A DNA stretch of 62,944 bases, the filler included, from Chiloscyllium plagiosum (Eukaryota), in assembly GCF_004010195.1 (NCBI RefSeq). It is 5 parts of one record of this genome, joined end to end, with 100 filler letters (N's around TTAATTAATTAA, not from the genome) between each part and the next. Parts side by side here need not be neighbours in the genome. Positions count along the whole stretch, not along the records: positions 1 to 16,789 come from NC_057712.1; positions 16,890 to 25,616 come from NC_057712.1; 3 more parts are not named here. One strand, 5' to 3'. How positions within the stretch are numbered: position 1 is the first letter of the stretch; every line of letters begins with the position of its first letter. Below the pieces are notes generated by a model, which made no database searches, had not been told where the DNA came from, and saw nothing but the letters and a program-made list of their open reading frames with translations. This document shows, piece after piece, positions 12,901-25,716 of the stretch. The position numbers and the translations under genes are program-made.

Positions 12901-14719
12901 TGGTGGCATCCTTCTCACCTCACCCTATAATATATCTCCCACACCTGCCTCCCAAGCCACTCCTTGGGTGGGAAGAATTCAATTTATTATTCGTAACTAA
13001 CTGCTCAGCAACGATTTCGATTTCATTTCATGCATAATTCAGATGCACTGGGATTGCAAAGTGTTGCTTAATATTGCTTGCACAACCACAGTCTTATGTA
13101 TTTCTCTTATTCAAAACACACCATAGAGGAGTCACTTATATTGAGAGAAGTTGGTAATTAAGGCTACCAATGTCAGAGGGAAATCTGCTGATTGTAGGGC
13201 AACTATGTCTAACAGTCCAAGGTCACAAAATATTTTATAATGGTAGGATCAGTCAAATTGTTCCCAGCATAACAATGATCATTGCCACGACAGCATCCAA
13301 GAAGCCAAACTTGGTTATGTAGTGCCCAGCCTGTATATAGTCCAGGCAAATTTAACCAGTACTTCAAGGTGTAATCTGACAAGGACTTTGACACTTTTAG
13401 CAGATTATCTGCTATATATACTCTTCCAATTCATTCAGCATATTTCACATCCTATTTGCTTTTCAAACAAGGCACATCATTTTATAACCAACATTTTTGA
13501 TAATATTGCAAATGTCAACATCTCACTGGACTAAAAATGTATTTTAGTCCAAGTAAGTGGAGCTTACAGCCAACAGCAGAATATTTTATGTTCTAATTTA
13601 AATATTTTACAGGCATTTTAAAGGCATTGGCGAGGGAGAAGAAGCTATATTTGTTCTTAGAAATTACTGACTCACTCTGACCCCTCCTCCACATTGGGCA
13701 GATTGTCATAAATTAAAATTGATGGGAACAGCAGGGTAGCTAAAAATAAAGTTAGATTTGGGGAGCGTATCAGTATACTAACTCACAGGCATTAAACCTG
13801 CCACATATGTTCTTATTTAACATCATTGCCAATTCAGGTATCTTGCAGAATTTGATATGGGGGCAAATTGACACGATGCTTTCAAAACGCAACTCCAGCA
13901 GTGAAACTCAACCCTGTTATATTTCCATGCACCCAATGGCATCAGACTGCCACATAGACATTTTTACACAGTGAAAGCACCTAGTATTTTATTCCAGCTC
14001 ATACCTGGAGCTACCAAGCTTAACCGAGAATATTCTGAAAAGTTAACTCCAATAATAAAGAATACAGAAGTTATTTCTGTTCAAAAACATGAAGGAGCAA
14101 ACAGTCAACACATGTTGGTGGATAAAAAGAAAAACAGCAATATCATCTGGAGGGTGAAGAGTGCATATAGAATGGTCATGGCATGTACTAGGCAGTACCC
14201 CAGGAATAAGTGTGTTACAAAGAGGCCAGCTTGAGGAGTGATGCTCCTGGAAGCTTAACAAACTGATTGAGGCTACAGTGGTCTACATGGTTCAGGAAGA
14301 GGAACACGGACAGCCATACTGTCTGTGATGTTAAGGGTCACCACTGTCCTCAATTTTTGCCACAGGGACCTTGCAAATGTGCAGAAGAGAGTTTGAAGAT
14401 CCATAGCAATATACTTTAAAATTGTAAACAACATAAGCAAGGTTTTCAGGGTGTGAAGAAGCCATGACTGGATTAGTGCCAAATCATTGCTATTTTTGAT
14501 AGATATTAATAATGCAGATAAACGCACTGAAAGCAAATCGATTTATCTTGACCTCTGCCAGCACATTCAGATATTTATCAACAAATCAGTATTTGAAAAA
14601 TTCATTACAAGTTCTCCTGATCAGATTATTGATGGAGATTCTCTACATCCACTTCTTGGAGTGTGAAAGGTGTAAGTTTTACATTGCTATAATAATAATC
14701 TCCTGCCAACCCAACCAAT

Positions 14720-16320
14720 AGCCCTTTAACAACGCACTCATTCAATTAGCAGAACTGGTCCTTACCCTCAACAACTTCTCCCAATTCCTTCAGACCAAAA
14801 GGGTAACCATGGGCACCTGCACAGCCCAGCTATGCCTGCCTCTTCATCAGATACATGGAACAGTTCATCTTCCACAGTTACACTGGCACCATTCCCCACC
14901 TTTTCCTCCACTACATTGATGACTGTACCGGCGTCACCTCATGCTCCCACAGGGATGTTGAAAAGTTCATCAACTTCACTAGCATCTTCCAACCTGATCT
15001 CAAATTCACCTAGACCATCTCGGCCACCTCTGTCCCCTTCCTGGACCTCTCCGGCAACCGGCTCAACACGGGCATCTACATCAAACCCACCGACTCCCAC
15101 AACTACCTGGACTACACGTCTTCCCAAACCCCTCCTGTAGAAACACTATCCCTTACTCCCAATTCCTCTGCCTCCTCTGCAACTGCTCCCAAGAGGAGCA
15201 ATTCCACTCCAGGACATCCCAGATGGTCTCCTATTTCAAGGACTGCAATTTCCCTTCCCATGTGATCAACAATGCCTTCCAGCATACCTCCTTCGCTTTC
15301 CATCCCTCTGCCTTTGAACACCAACCCTTCAACCGCAACAATGATAAAACCCCCTTCGTCCTCACCTTCCACCCCACCAACCTTCGGATACATCATATCA
15401 TCCTCCACCACATCCACAATCTACAAACGGACCCCACCACCAGAGATATATTCCCCTCCCCACTCCATCTGCATTCCTCAAGCACTATTCTCTTCACAAC
15501 TCCACATTAGGTCAACACCCCCCACCAACCCACACTCCACTCCTGGCACCTACCCTTGCCACTGTAGGAGGTGTAAAACCTGCACCCACACCTCCCCCCC
15601 ACCTCCATCCTCGTCCCCAAAAGATCCTTCCACATCGGGCTGAGATTTTCCTGCACATCCAAACACATCTACTATATCCATTGATCTTGCTGTGGTCTCC
15701 TCCAAATTGGGGAGATAGGACGCCAACTTGCAGAACATTTCAGGGAACACCTCTGAGACACATGCAACAAACAACCCCACTGCTCTGTGACCGACTACTT
15801 TAACTCCCCCTCCCACTCTGCCAAAGACATGCAAGTCATGGACCTCCTCCACAGTCAAATCCAAGGCACCTGATGCCTGGAGAAAGAATACCTCATCTTC
15901 CACCTTGGGACCCTCCAACCACATAGCATCAACACCAAATTCGCCAGTTTCCTTGTCTCCCCCAACTCCCCCCATCTCATCCCATATCCAACTTTCCAAC
16001 TCGGCACCATCCTCTTGAGCTGTCCTGCCTGTCCATCTTCCTTCCCACCTATCTGCTCCACCCTCCCCTCTGACCTATCACCATCACCCCATCACCTACA
16101 TCTGCCTATTGCCTTCCCAGCCACCTGAACCCTACCCCCACTGCCACCCTCCTATTTATCTCTCAGTCCCCTTCACCCCCTCCCCCCACATTCCTGATGA
16201 AGGGCTTATGCCTGAAATGCTGACTCTCTTGCTCCTCGATTGCTACCTGACTTGCTGTGCTTTTCCAGCACCACACTTACAGACTCTGATCTCCAGTATC
16301 TGCAGTCCTCACTTTCTCTC
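14720..16320 (+). mobile_element. Penelope-like element (family A): decayed RT, GIY-YIG endonuclease and pLTR
   Basis: LAELVLTLNNFS, MGT, LHYIDDC (RT), KPTDSHNYLDY, C.RCKTC, IGE.GRQLAEHFREHL. Tail with a degenerate hammerhead at 16194. Confidence 0.92.
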
Positions 16321-16574
16321 ATTACTATATTAACTCAAAGACTAGTTGTTAGTCATACCATATCAGTGGACATCCCAGTTCATGGAAAATATATCAAATG
16401 GCCGAAGTTTGTCTTTTATTTTGTCCGAGTAAAGGAATTGTCAGAGGATATCGAGAGTTTTCAGTCTTCAGACAACCAGAATTTTCTTCTGCTGTGAACC
16501 TGGATGACAATCACTCAGACGTTATTGACATGCAGGCAGCCTATTGTGAGTGGGTACGAAGGGAAGTGCTTGAG

Positions 16575-16789
16575 TAGAGTCATAGAGATGTACAGCATGG
16601 AAACAGACCCTTCGGTCCAACCCGTCCATGCCGACCAGATATCCCAACCCAATCTAGGCCCACCTGCCAGCACCCGGCCCAAATCCCTCCAAACCCTTCC
16701 TATTCATATATCCATCCAAATGCCTCTTAGATGTTGCAATTGTACCAGCCTCCACCACTTCCTCCGGCAGCTCATTCCATACACGTACC
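16575..16789 (-). mobile_element. CR1 LINE 3' end cut by contig end
   Basis: AGAGTCATAGAGATGTACAGC tail; same family as 922 and 42566. Confidence 0.85.
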
Positions 16790-16889
16790 NNNNNNNNNNN
16801 NNNNNNNNNNNNNNNNNNNNNNNNNNNNNNNNNTTAATTAATTAANNNNNNNNNNNNNNNNNNNNNNNNNNNNNNNNNNNNNNNNNNNN
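16790..16889. other. Artificial contig-join linker
   Basis: 44 N + TTAATTAATTAA (stops in all six frames) + 44 N. Confidence 0.97.
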
Positions 16890-17567
16890 TTAGTCCCCTT
16901 CCAATTTAGGTGCAATCCATCCTTCTTGTACAGGTCACTTCTACCCCAAAAGAGATTTCAATGATCCAAAAATGTGAATCCTCTTCCCATGCACCAGTTC
17001 CTCAGCCATGCATTCATCTGCTCTATCCTCCTATTCCTGCCCTCACTAGCGCATAGCACCGGGAGTAATCCAGATATTACTACTCTCGAGGACCTCCCTT
17101 ATAAATTCCTGCCTTACTCTCTGTAATCTCCTTTCAGAACCCCAATCTTTTTCATTCCTATGTTGTTGATTCTAATGTGTACATTGACCTCCTGCTGGCC
17201 CCTCTCCCCCGTGAGAACATTTTGCACCCTCTCTGAGACATCCTTGATGCTGGCACCAGGGAAGCAACACACCATTCTGATTTATTGCTGCTGGCCACAG
17301 AAACGTCTGTCTGTACCTCGGACTAGACAGTCCCCTCAGACAGTTGATCTCTTGGAAGCCGACGTACCCCTCGTTGCATTAGAGCCAGTCTCCATACCAG
17401 AAACTTGGCTGTTCATGCTACGTTCTTCTGAGAATCCATCACCCCCTACATTTTCCAAAACAGCATACTTGTTTGAAATGGGTATAGCCACAGAAGGCTC
17501 CTGCACTAGCTGCCTACCTCTCTTACTTTTCCTATCTATGTGACTGTATCTGAGGCTTCTCCCCCTT
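16890..17567 (-). mobile_element. CR1 ORF1 SGNH-esterase region, decayed
   Basis: GDCLVRGTDRRFCG...MVCCFPGA and MNAWLRNWC...LYKKDGLHLN. Confidence 0.88.
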
Positions 17568-17877
17568 TTAGATTACTTACAGTGTGGAAACAGGCCTTTC
17601 CACCCAACAAGTCCACACCGACCGTCTGAAGAGCAACCCACCCAGACCCATTCCCCTACATTTACCCCTTCACCTAACACTACAGGCAATTTAGCATGGC
17701 CAATTCACCTAAATTGCTCATTTTTGGACTGTGGGAGGAAACCGGAGCACCCGGAGGAAACCCACATAGACACGGGGAGAATGTGCAAACTCCACGCAGA
17801 CAGTCACCTGAGGCAGGAATTGAACCCGGGTCTCTGGCACTGTGAGGCAGCAGTGCGAACCACTGTGCCGCCATGCT
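17568..17877 (-). mobile_element. V-SINE (HE1-like) inserted in the CR1
   Basis: Reverse complement of the 7100-7440 head and V-domain (GGAATTGAACCCGGGTCTCTGGCACTGTGAGGCAGCAG). Confidence 0.9.
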
Positions 17878-17879
17878 GC

Positions 17880-18680
17880 CCCTTCCTATAACTGCCATCC
17901 ATCACATACTGTTGCTGTTGCAAATTCCTCATTGCTTCTAACTGCCTCTCCAACCAATCATTGTGACCTGATAAGATTCACAACCAACAGCATTTATTGC
18001 AGATATCATCCACAGCAATCCTTAAACTCTCTTTAATCTCCCACATCTGACAAGAAGCACATATCACTCTACTAAAGGCCATTTTTGCTCCTTCACAATT
18101 TACAGACCCAGAAAATAACACCGTCTTGTTCTTCTACAAAATACTGCCCCAGGTTAAATTAATAGTTATGGCTTATATATTAAGTTTAATCAAGAGACAT
18201 ATCTCAAAGAACATATAATCAAGAAAGAACCCACTCTACTCACTACTGCAGACCTTCTGTAGGTCCCACTTAAAAACAATCCACTTATCTGCTTCTGTGC
18301 TGTGAACTTCACCCAAACAGTTCTGCCAAGATCAGTTGTGAATTTCACTGTTTGCTAATTTTCCCAGACGCACTTCGATGCCCAGCAATACATGAATTCA
18401 AACAGCAAAGGCAGTAGCTGTACAGGTTCACTGCTGTGTCAGTTTCTTTCCCTCTCCTTCCTGCACTGACATCACCATGTGCTTCCTTTGTCTGTTCTTC
18501 TCCCTTTTAAAACTGCTGTTGTTTTGACTTTTTTTTTCTAAAGTTCCAAAACAATGCAACAGCATATAAAACAGTAATTGCTGCTCCTGGAATTCGAGGA
18601 AATCACCTACAACAGCTAAAATACCTCAATAAAGGAGTAGCTGTTACAGCCAGAAATGTTTCCCATCCTCCATCTTGGAT
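17880..18680 (-). mobile_element. Probable CR1 5' UTR continuing the 16890-17567 element
   Basis: Lies directly upstream of ORF1 across the SINE and is non-coding. Assigned by position only. Confidence 0.45.
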
Positions 18681-20949
18681 TAATACTACACTAATTCATT
18701 CTTGTGATCTGAAGATTTGTGATCAGGATTCACTTGCATTTATTGGGCATCTGATCTGGCATGGCACCCTATACAAAGACTTGGTCGCATAACAGGGCAG
18801 AGCAAGTAACCATGTGGCATTCCAACTAATCAGACTGAGGAATCCTCAGCAGACATGCAGAGTCAGATCTTCTGGTGCTTGAACGATGTGGGCTGTGGCG
18901 AGAAAGTTGGGAAATTCGGGTGAGATGCCCAGTGAGGAATTTGTCAACATTGAGACTAAATTTTCCAATCGGTTGTTGAATGCCAAGATGAAATTCTCAC
19001 TGGAGAGTGGCAAGAGGCCTATTTTTGTGCATTAACATCTCATTATTACTTAATCTTGCCTCATTAATATGCATTTTTACCATTCTCCCACCTACCAGAC
19101 AGAACTTAGAAGGCATCAATTCCCAACATGAAGGTCAGAACAGTCATGTGGTGATTCCAGTTCACCGCTTGTTACTTAGACCCTTATCTTAGACATTAAT
19201 CACCAGCATCTCAGGGCACACTCCACAGTCAGCAATTATATGCAACTCTCATCCCATGCACCTTGGCATCAGATGTACCAGTCTCACTGCATCATTAAGG
19301 CACTCCTTTGACACACTTACAGTACAATGCTCCACTTCAGTCTTGCACTTTGGAGCACACTGACATCTCTCATTGCAATGCTGCTGCAAAGACACTTTGC
19401 ACACAGCTCGTGGGTTGGACCAGGCTGCATTTCAGGGAACCTCTTTTGTGTTATAATTGCAGTGTCTCTGCTGTGCTTTGCCTTGTCTTTTTGTGCTCTG
19501 CACACTCAACTGCTCCTTAAAGGCTCACAGTATTCACAGCGGGCTCTTGCTGTGCTGCTTAGTGCAGACACAAAGCCAAGCAGCTTGTCGCCGTTGTTAC
19601 CAGGGGCAACCAAAGGAGTGGGCACGTTGCTGTATGTCACCATATTATGTCAATCTCAGACTTATAGCATGTTTCAACAGCCCACTCGGCAAATACACTG
19701 CAAGTACTTCAACCAAATGACCACGTCTCAACTTAAAGTATAGTCATTCTCAGGCTAGTCAAGGAGGGGAGCCTCTGTCAGTCAGAGTTACTGGTAAAAA
19801 CCAATCAACAATCCAGGAACTTGGGCATGGCCAGTCATCCATTTGGGACAGTCAGAGTCAAGAGCCCCCTCACTGCAGTTAACGAGTCAGTCACAGTCAG
19901 TGCAAGCAGTCAGGGGATTTGAGGATCACCAGTAAAGAGTCTGGTCAGTTATCAGTCAGGGTTGCCCGTTCATCTTATTGAGAGGGTTGGGCCACACTTA
20001 GTCCAAGAGATTAGGGATGATGAAGGGACACTGCTGTGATTGGGAAGGCAGGGAATTCAATGCTGGGAATTGGAGGCATCAATGTGGGAGGCAGAAGGAC
20101 AACGATAGTGAAAAGAGATATTTGAAATAAAAATAGGGAAGAGATGCCACAGCAATATTGTGGGAATACTGTGGGAAGGGTGGTTACTGGGGGGCAATGT
20201 GGCCTTGATGGGGTGGGAGAGAGGTTGATGGTAGGCATCTAAACCATGGAGATGAGGTGCAGGAGATAGAGATGAGATTTGTAATCTTAATTCCAGGTAA
20301 AGTGTGAGAACATGTTGGAGATCGGTAGTGATGGGTTGTGCAGGGAGTGCCAAGAAAAAAGGGACATAGCAATTCAGGGCCCCCTGATGAGCAAGCCGAG
20401 CCTGGGACTCATGCTGCCAAGTGTTGCCTTCCAGATTCACTCGACCCCAAAATGCAAATTGTCAATGGAAAACAGAGACCAGAGGCAGTGACTCATTCCT
20501 GTCCCAACACACACAGGCTCCACCTGTGAGGGACTGGAGGCCCAAAAAGGAGCAATCGCATCAATCAGACATTTTCACAGCACATCAGAGTCATCTGTAA
20601 TCACAGCATAGTGCACGGGAAATGTATGTAGGGTCCAACTGTGTGGGGGGCAAATGCTGCTTACGAGCACTCTCAGCCATGTCAGTGCTCATTGCAGCTT
20701 TAAAATGGACATCTCAGTGAAGCAGAAATAATCCAGGCGACCTTAAAAGTAGCAGCTGTGGCCCACAAAATATGATATTAATGCAGGGTTTCTGAAGCTG
20801 CATGCGGGCATTGAGCTGATTTCCTCTCACCCTGAACTGTAAGATTTCTGCAAACTGCTCTTATAGCAATGTTGCCTCTGTTGGATGATATGGGGCTAGG
20901 AGCATAAGGACTTGTTTTCATTCAGCAATTTTTCTTGTAAGTCACTCTT

Positions 20950-22440
20950 GTGATGTGGACATCACTGGCTGGCCAGCATTTATTGTGAAGGCAATGGTTC
21001 TTGAACTGTTGCTGTTCACCTGTTGTGGATTGACCCACAAAGCCAGTTGGGAGGGAATTTCAGAATTCGGACCCAGTGACAAGGAAGGAATAGTGGTACA
21101 TTACCAAGTCAAGGTAGCGAGTGACTCAGAGGGGACATTTCAGGTGATGGATTTCCCATGTACCTGCTGCCTTTGTCCTTCTAGATGGAAGTGTTCATGG
21201 GTTTAGAAGGTGCTGTCTAAGAATCTTTTGTGGATCTTGTATCTTGTAGATACAAATAGTGCATTTTGTGGATGGTATACACTGCTGGTCTTGAGGGTTG
21301 GTGATGGAGGAAATGGATGTGGTGCCTATTATGTATGCTGTTTTGTCCTGGTTGATGTCAAGCTTCTTGAGTGATTTTGGAGCTGCACCCATTCAGGCAA
21401 GTGGCAAGTATTCCATCATACTAATGATTTATAACTTGTGGATGATGGATAAGCTTTGGAAATCAGGTGAGTTACTTGCTGCAGTATTCTGAGCCTACGA
21501 CCTGCTGTTGTAGCTGTTACATTTATAGATATTTTGAATCAACCTATTTAGACGTATTATGACACAGCTCTGGAACAGGTGGGACTTGAACCCAGGTCTC
21601 CTAGCTGAGAGATAGGGACACCACCACTGTGCTACAAGAGGACTATTGTTCTATATATACAGCATGTACTGTTGAGTTTCTTGTCAATGGTAATGTCTAG
21701 AGAGTTGATGGTGGGGTATTCAATGATGGTTACAGTATTGAATATCACGTCCCGATACTTCGATTTTCTCTTATTAAAGATGGTCATTCTTCTGGACTGT
21801 GTGGGACAAAAACTTTTTTTGAGTCATTTTTTGGCTCAAGCCTGGACATTGTCCAGATATTGTTACATTTGAACATGGACTACTTCAGTATCTGAGGAGT
21901 TATGAATGGTAACAAACATTGTGCAATGATCAGTGAACGCCCCCGCTTCCGACTTTATGATGGAGGGAAGGTCAGTGAAGAAGCAGTTGAAAATGGTTGG
22001 GCCTAGGATACTACCCTGGCGAACTCCTGCAGAGATGTCCTGGAGCTGAGATGACTGACCTTCAACAAACGTAACCATCTTCCTCTGTGCCAGATATGAC
22101 TCCAACCAGTGGAGAGTTTTTCCTCCGAAACCCAGGTGATTCCAGTTTTCCTAAGGCTCCTTGATGCCACACTTAATCAAATGCAGCCTTGATATCAAGG
22201 GCTGTCACTCTCACCTCCCTCTGGAATTCAGCTCTTTTGTCCATGTTTGAACCAAGGCTGTAATAAGGTCAGGAGCAGAGTGGCCCTGGCAGAACCCAAA
22301 CTGGATGTCATTGTGCAGGTTATTGCTGAGCAGAAACTGCTTGATAGCACTGCTGATGATGCTTCAATTGATTTACTGATGGTTGTGAGTAGACTGATGG
22401 AGCAGTAATTGGCCGAGTTGGATTTGACATGCTTTTTGTG
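20950..22440 (-). mobile_element. CR1/L2-clade LINE RT fragment (with a small tRNA-SINE at about 21545-21640)
   Basis: ESYLAQRKMV..VEGQSSQLQDISAGVRQGSILGPTIFNCFFTDLPSII. Confidence 0.85.
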
Positions 22441-22935
22441 CGCATCTTTTTCCTGTCTCTTTGTGACATGGATAGCACTGCATTAATCAGTAATAGGTCC
22501 ATCTGCCAAAGGTCCCTGTGGAGTCATTCCAGCACCCTTGTTATTGGAGTCCTCCATATCCCATTGTATGAAGGAGTATGTTAAAGTGGCATTTGTGAGT
22601 GATGTGAATGCTGACTGCTCACATGACTAGATTGTTTCTTATATTCCCCACATAGGTTCATTGCAAGTGTGACTACTGGATCCAGCCACAGCTGGGTTAG
22701 CGTCACTGCTCCTGTGGTGCAGTGAAGGTACAGAGAACTGGAGGAAGAACTGATGTACTAGCCCAGGACCAGCAGGGACCTCCAGCGGCTGCCAAACAAC
22801 CTCCCACAATGCGGTCCCTCAGGTGAGGCAAGAGGTACGGGAGGCCCAGAGTTTTTTGTCCTCTGCCATTTCCTCCAGATCTGTGAGGCAGGCTGCCAAT
22901 ACGGGCTGAGAATGTCTCAGCACAGCCTCACCGGA

Positions 22936-23132
22936 CTATGGTAAAAACAATGACTGCAGATGCTGGAAACCAGATTCTGGATCAGTGGTGCTGGAAGAGC
23001 ACAGCAATTCAGGCAGCATCCGAGGACAGGCAAAATCGACGTTTTGGGCAAAAGGGCTTTTGCCCGAAACGTCGATTTTGCCTGTCCTCGGATGCTGCCT
23101 GAATTGCTGTGCTCTTCCGGCACCACTCATCC
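22936..23132. mobile_element. Fold-back (palindromic) Penelope family-A tail insertion
   Basis: About 76-bp near-perfect inverted arms 22979-23054 and 23057-23132. Flanked by CCTCACCGGA at 22926-22935 and 23131-23140. Confidence 0.9.
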
Positions 23133-24149
23133 TCACCGGATAATGCCTGGTGCAGGAGTCAGACACTCGATTTGGAGAAGGGAGTGTCCATGATATCTCA
23201 ACAACCATCAAGATGATGTCTGCCCACAAATGTAAGAAGGCTGACACTTAGCAGCTATCTGTGTCAGATCGCAACACTCTGTCCCAAAGTGAGGTTAGTG
23301 CTATGCCTAGACTTGACCCTTTGCAAGATAGCTGGAAGGTGGAATGGACTATGCTTATACCACGTTGAGAGGGCCATTTCATAACACTGCTGTGTATACC
23401 AAAAGTAAACTGTGGGCTTGGTGCTTCAGCCATGAAATATGCAGCTGTATGTGCAAAGAATTGTGCTGCAGATGTGCCCTGAGAAACATTGGTTTGTGAT
23501 CACTGCCCCACCAAATTCAAAATGAAGGAATACTCTGCACTACCAACACTTGACTGAGTCCATGCCTAGGGTGAAATAATAGTGTAGATACCTGAAAATC
23601 TGGGATATGCTAGCAGTGATGAGAACCTCTGCTGATGCCAAATGATTGAATCAGAAGATCTGGGCACCATTAGGAGTATGGTAAATTAGACACGTATGTG
23701 AAGAGAGTGTGAGAAAACATGTCGGGCTTCATGGAGAGAAAGCCTCCGTGAAACTCAACAAAATTAATAATTAGCTGACTCTGCCCACAGAGTTTAAACC
23801 TTGCCAGACAATCTGAGAATCATAAACAAGTCTCAATTCATTGTGCAGCAAACAAAATTAAGATTGCAAAATATAGAACTGATTAAGAGCAAGATTATTA
23901 CAAGAAGCTGACACAAAGAAGTAAAAAATATAATTAATTTAAAATCTTGAATGCTAATTAAATTCTGAATGAATTTGTACAATTAAAATTCTAGACCAGA
24001 AAAGTTAATTGCAGTAGTTAAAAATTGCCATGCCATTAAAAATTCAACTATTCCTAAATGCACCAGCCCTAATTTCTTTTTTTGGCGTGTTTACCAGGTA
24101 ACTGTTGGGTAAGGACATCAACTTTACGGCCTTGAATCCAAGTAGGAAA

Positions 24150-25140
24150 CAACAGTGACCTCGCCTGTGGAACTTCAGTATGTGGATGCCAATGTTATCT
24201 CCACTTTCTCAGAAGAGAATTTTCAAGCCTCACTTGAAAGCATATGGAAGAATTGGTCTCAGTCTCAAACTCAGGATGAGTCAAATCCTTTATCAATCCA
24301 TCCCAGGTCAAGTTCTGGTCCATCCCTCTCTTCAGATCAATGGAATGCAGAACATTTGTCTTACTTGAAGTGTAACTTTTCATCTAAGGCTGATATCGAT
24401 TTGAAGATTCAACATCACATCCAATCTGCAAGGGCTACATTCGAAAGCCTAATGATGAAAGCCATCCATGCTGTCACCAAGATCTTTGTCCATACAGCAT
24501 CATTCTTCGGTCTCTTCTACGGAGCTCCAAAATTTGGACTACATTTGGACTCCACCTGAAGTCCCCTGGGGAAGTACTATCAATGTTGGTTAAGTTAACA
24601 TCTCTACATCAGCTTGGAAGAAAAGCCAATACTAACATCAGCATCCTTGAAGCAGCTAATAGCACCAGCATTGAAGCCAAGATCATTTAAAACCAACTCT
24701 GCTTGGCCTTAGGATCTCTGAGTTCTGACAACCAAAGCAAATCTTCTTTGCCCAGCTCCGAGGAAGACACCTGAATGAGAGGAGGTCAATGGAAGCACCT
24801 CAAAGACTCTCTGAAGTCTTCCCTCAAGAAATACAACATTGATGTTAATGCATGGGAGACCCTCGCTCAGAAGAAACCAATATAGTGGAAAACCCTGTAT
24901 GAAGGCACATAATTGTTCAAGAACACCTGTCAGGAATAGGAAGTACAGAAAGGGAATCGGAGAACAGAATGCCAATAATTTCAAGGCCAAGGACTGTTTC
25001 CACCTCCCAGAAATACCTGTTAAATATACGGATGGAGATGTGGCTCTAGGATCAGGCTTGTCAACCACACAAGGACCACATACACAAGACCAGTGACATG
25101 GAATTTCCTGGGTGGACAATCTTACTCGTTAGTGAGTGAT
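24150..25140 (+). mobile_element. RTE-clade LINE 3' fragment, decayed
   Basis: ELQYVDA (decayed YADD), SSKADIDLKIQHHIQSARATF, GGQ.KHLKDSLKSSLKK..I....WETLA. Confidence 0.75.
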
Positions 25141-25157
25141 TGTTAATAATGGTGATA

Positions 25158-25616
25158 AGACCATAAGACCATAAGACATAGGAGTGGAAGTCAGGCCATT
25201 CGGCCCATCAAGTCCACTCCACCATTTAATCATGGCTGATGGGCATTTCAACTCCACTTACCCGCATTCTCCCCGTAGCCCTTAATTCCTTGTGACATCA
25301 AGAATTTATCAATCTCTGCCTTGAAGACATTTAGCGTTCCGGCCTCCACTGCACTCCACGGCAATGAATTCCACAGGCCCACCACTCTCTGGCTGAAGAA
25401 ATGTCTCCACATTTCTGTTCCGAATTTACCCCCTCTAATTCTAAGGCTGTATCCACGGGTCCTAGTCACCTCGCCTAGCGGAAACAATTTCCTAGCGTCC
25501 ACCCTCTCCAAGCCATGTATTATCTTGTAAGTTTCTATTAGATCTCCCCTTAACCTTCGAAACTCCAATGAGTACAATCCCAGGATCCTCAGCCGTTCCT
25601 CATATGTTAGACCAAC
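25158..25616 (-). mobile_element. Young CR1 LINE 3' end
   Basis: Intact YSLEFRRLRGDLIETYKI...FFSQRVVGLWNSLP; (ATAAGACC)n tail. Confidence 0.93.
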
Positions 25617-25716
25617 NNNNNNNNNNNNNNNNNNNNNNNNNNNNNNNNNNNNNNNNNNNNTTAATTAATTAANNNNNNNNNNNNNNNNNNNNNNNNNNNN
25701 NNNNNNNNNNNNNNNN
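25617..25716. other. Artificial contig-join linker
   Basis: 44 N + TTAATTAATTAA + 44 N. Confidence 0.97.

Noticed and set aside
16834..16845. TTAATTAATTAA as a piggyBac target or regulatory palindrome
   Set aside because: It is embedded symmetrically in Ns four times and is a synthetic linker.
18700..20900. Possible Harbinger-type DNA transposon relics (also about 22480-23640)
   Set aside because: Only a vague resemblance; I could not read TIRs or catalytic motifs with confidence.
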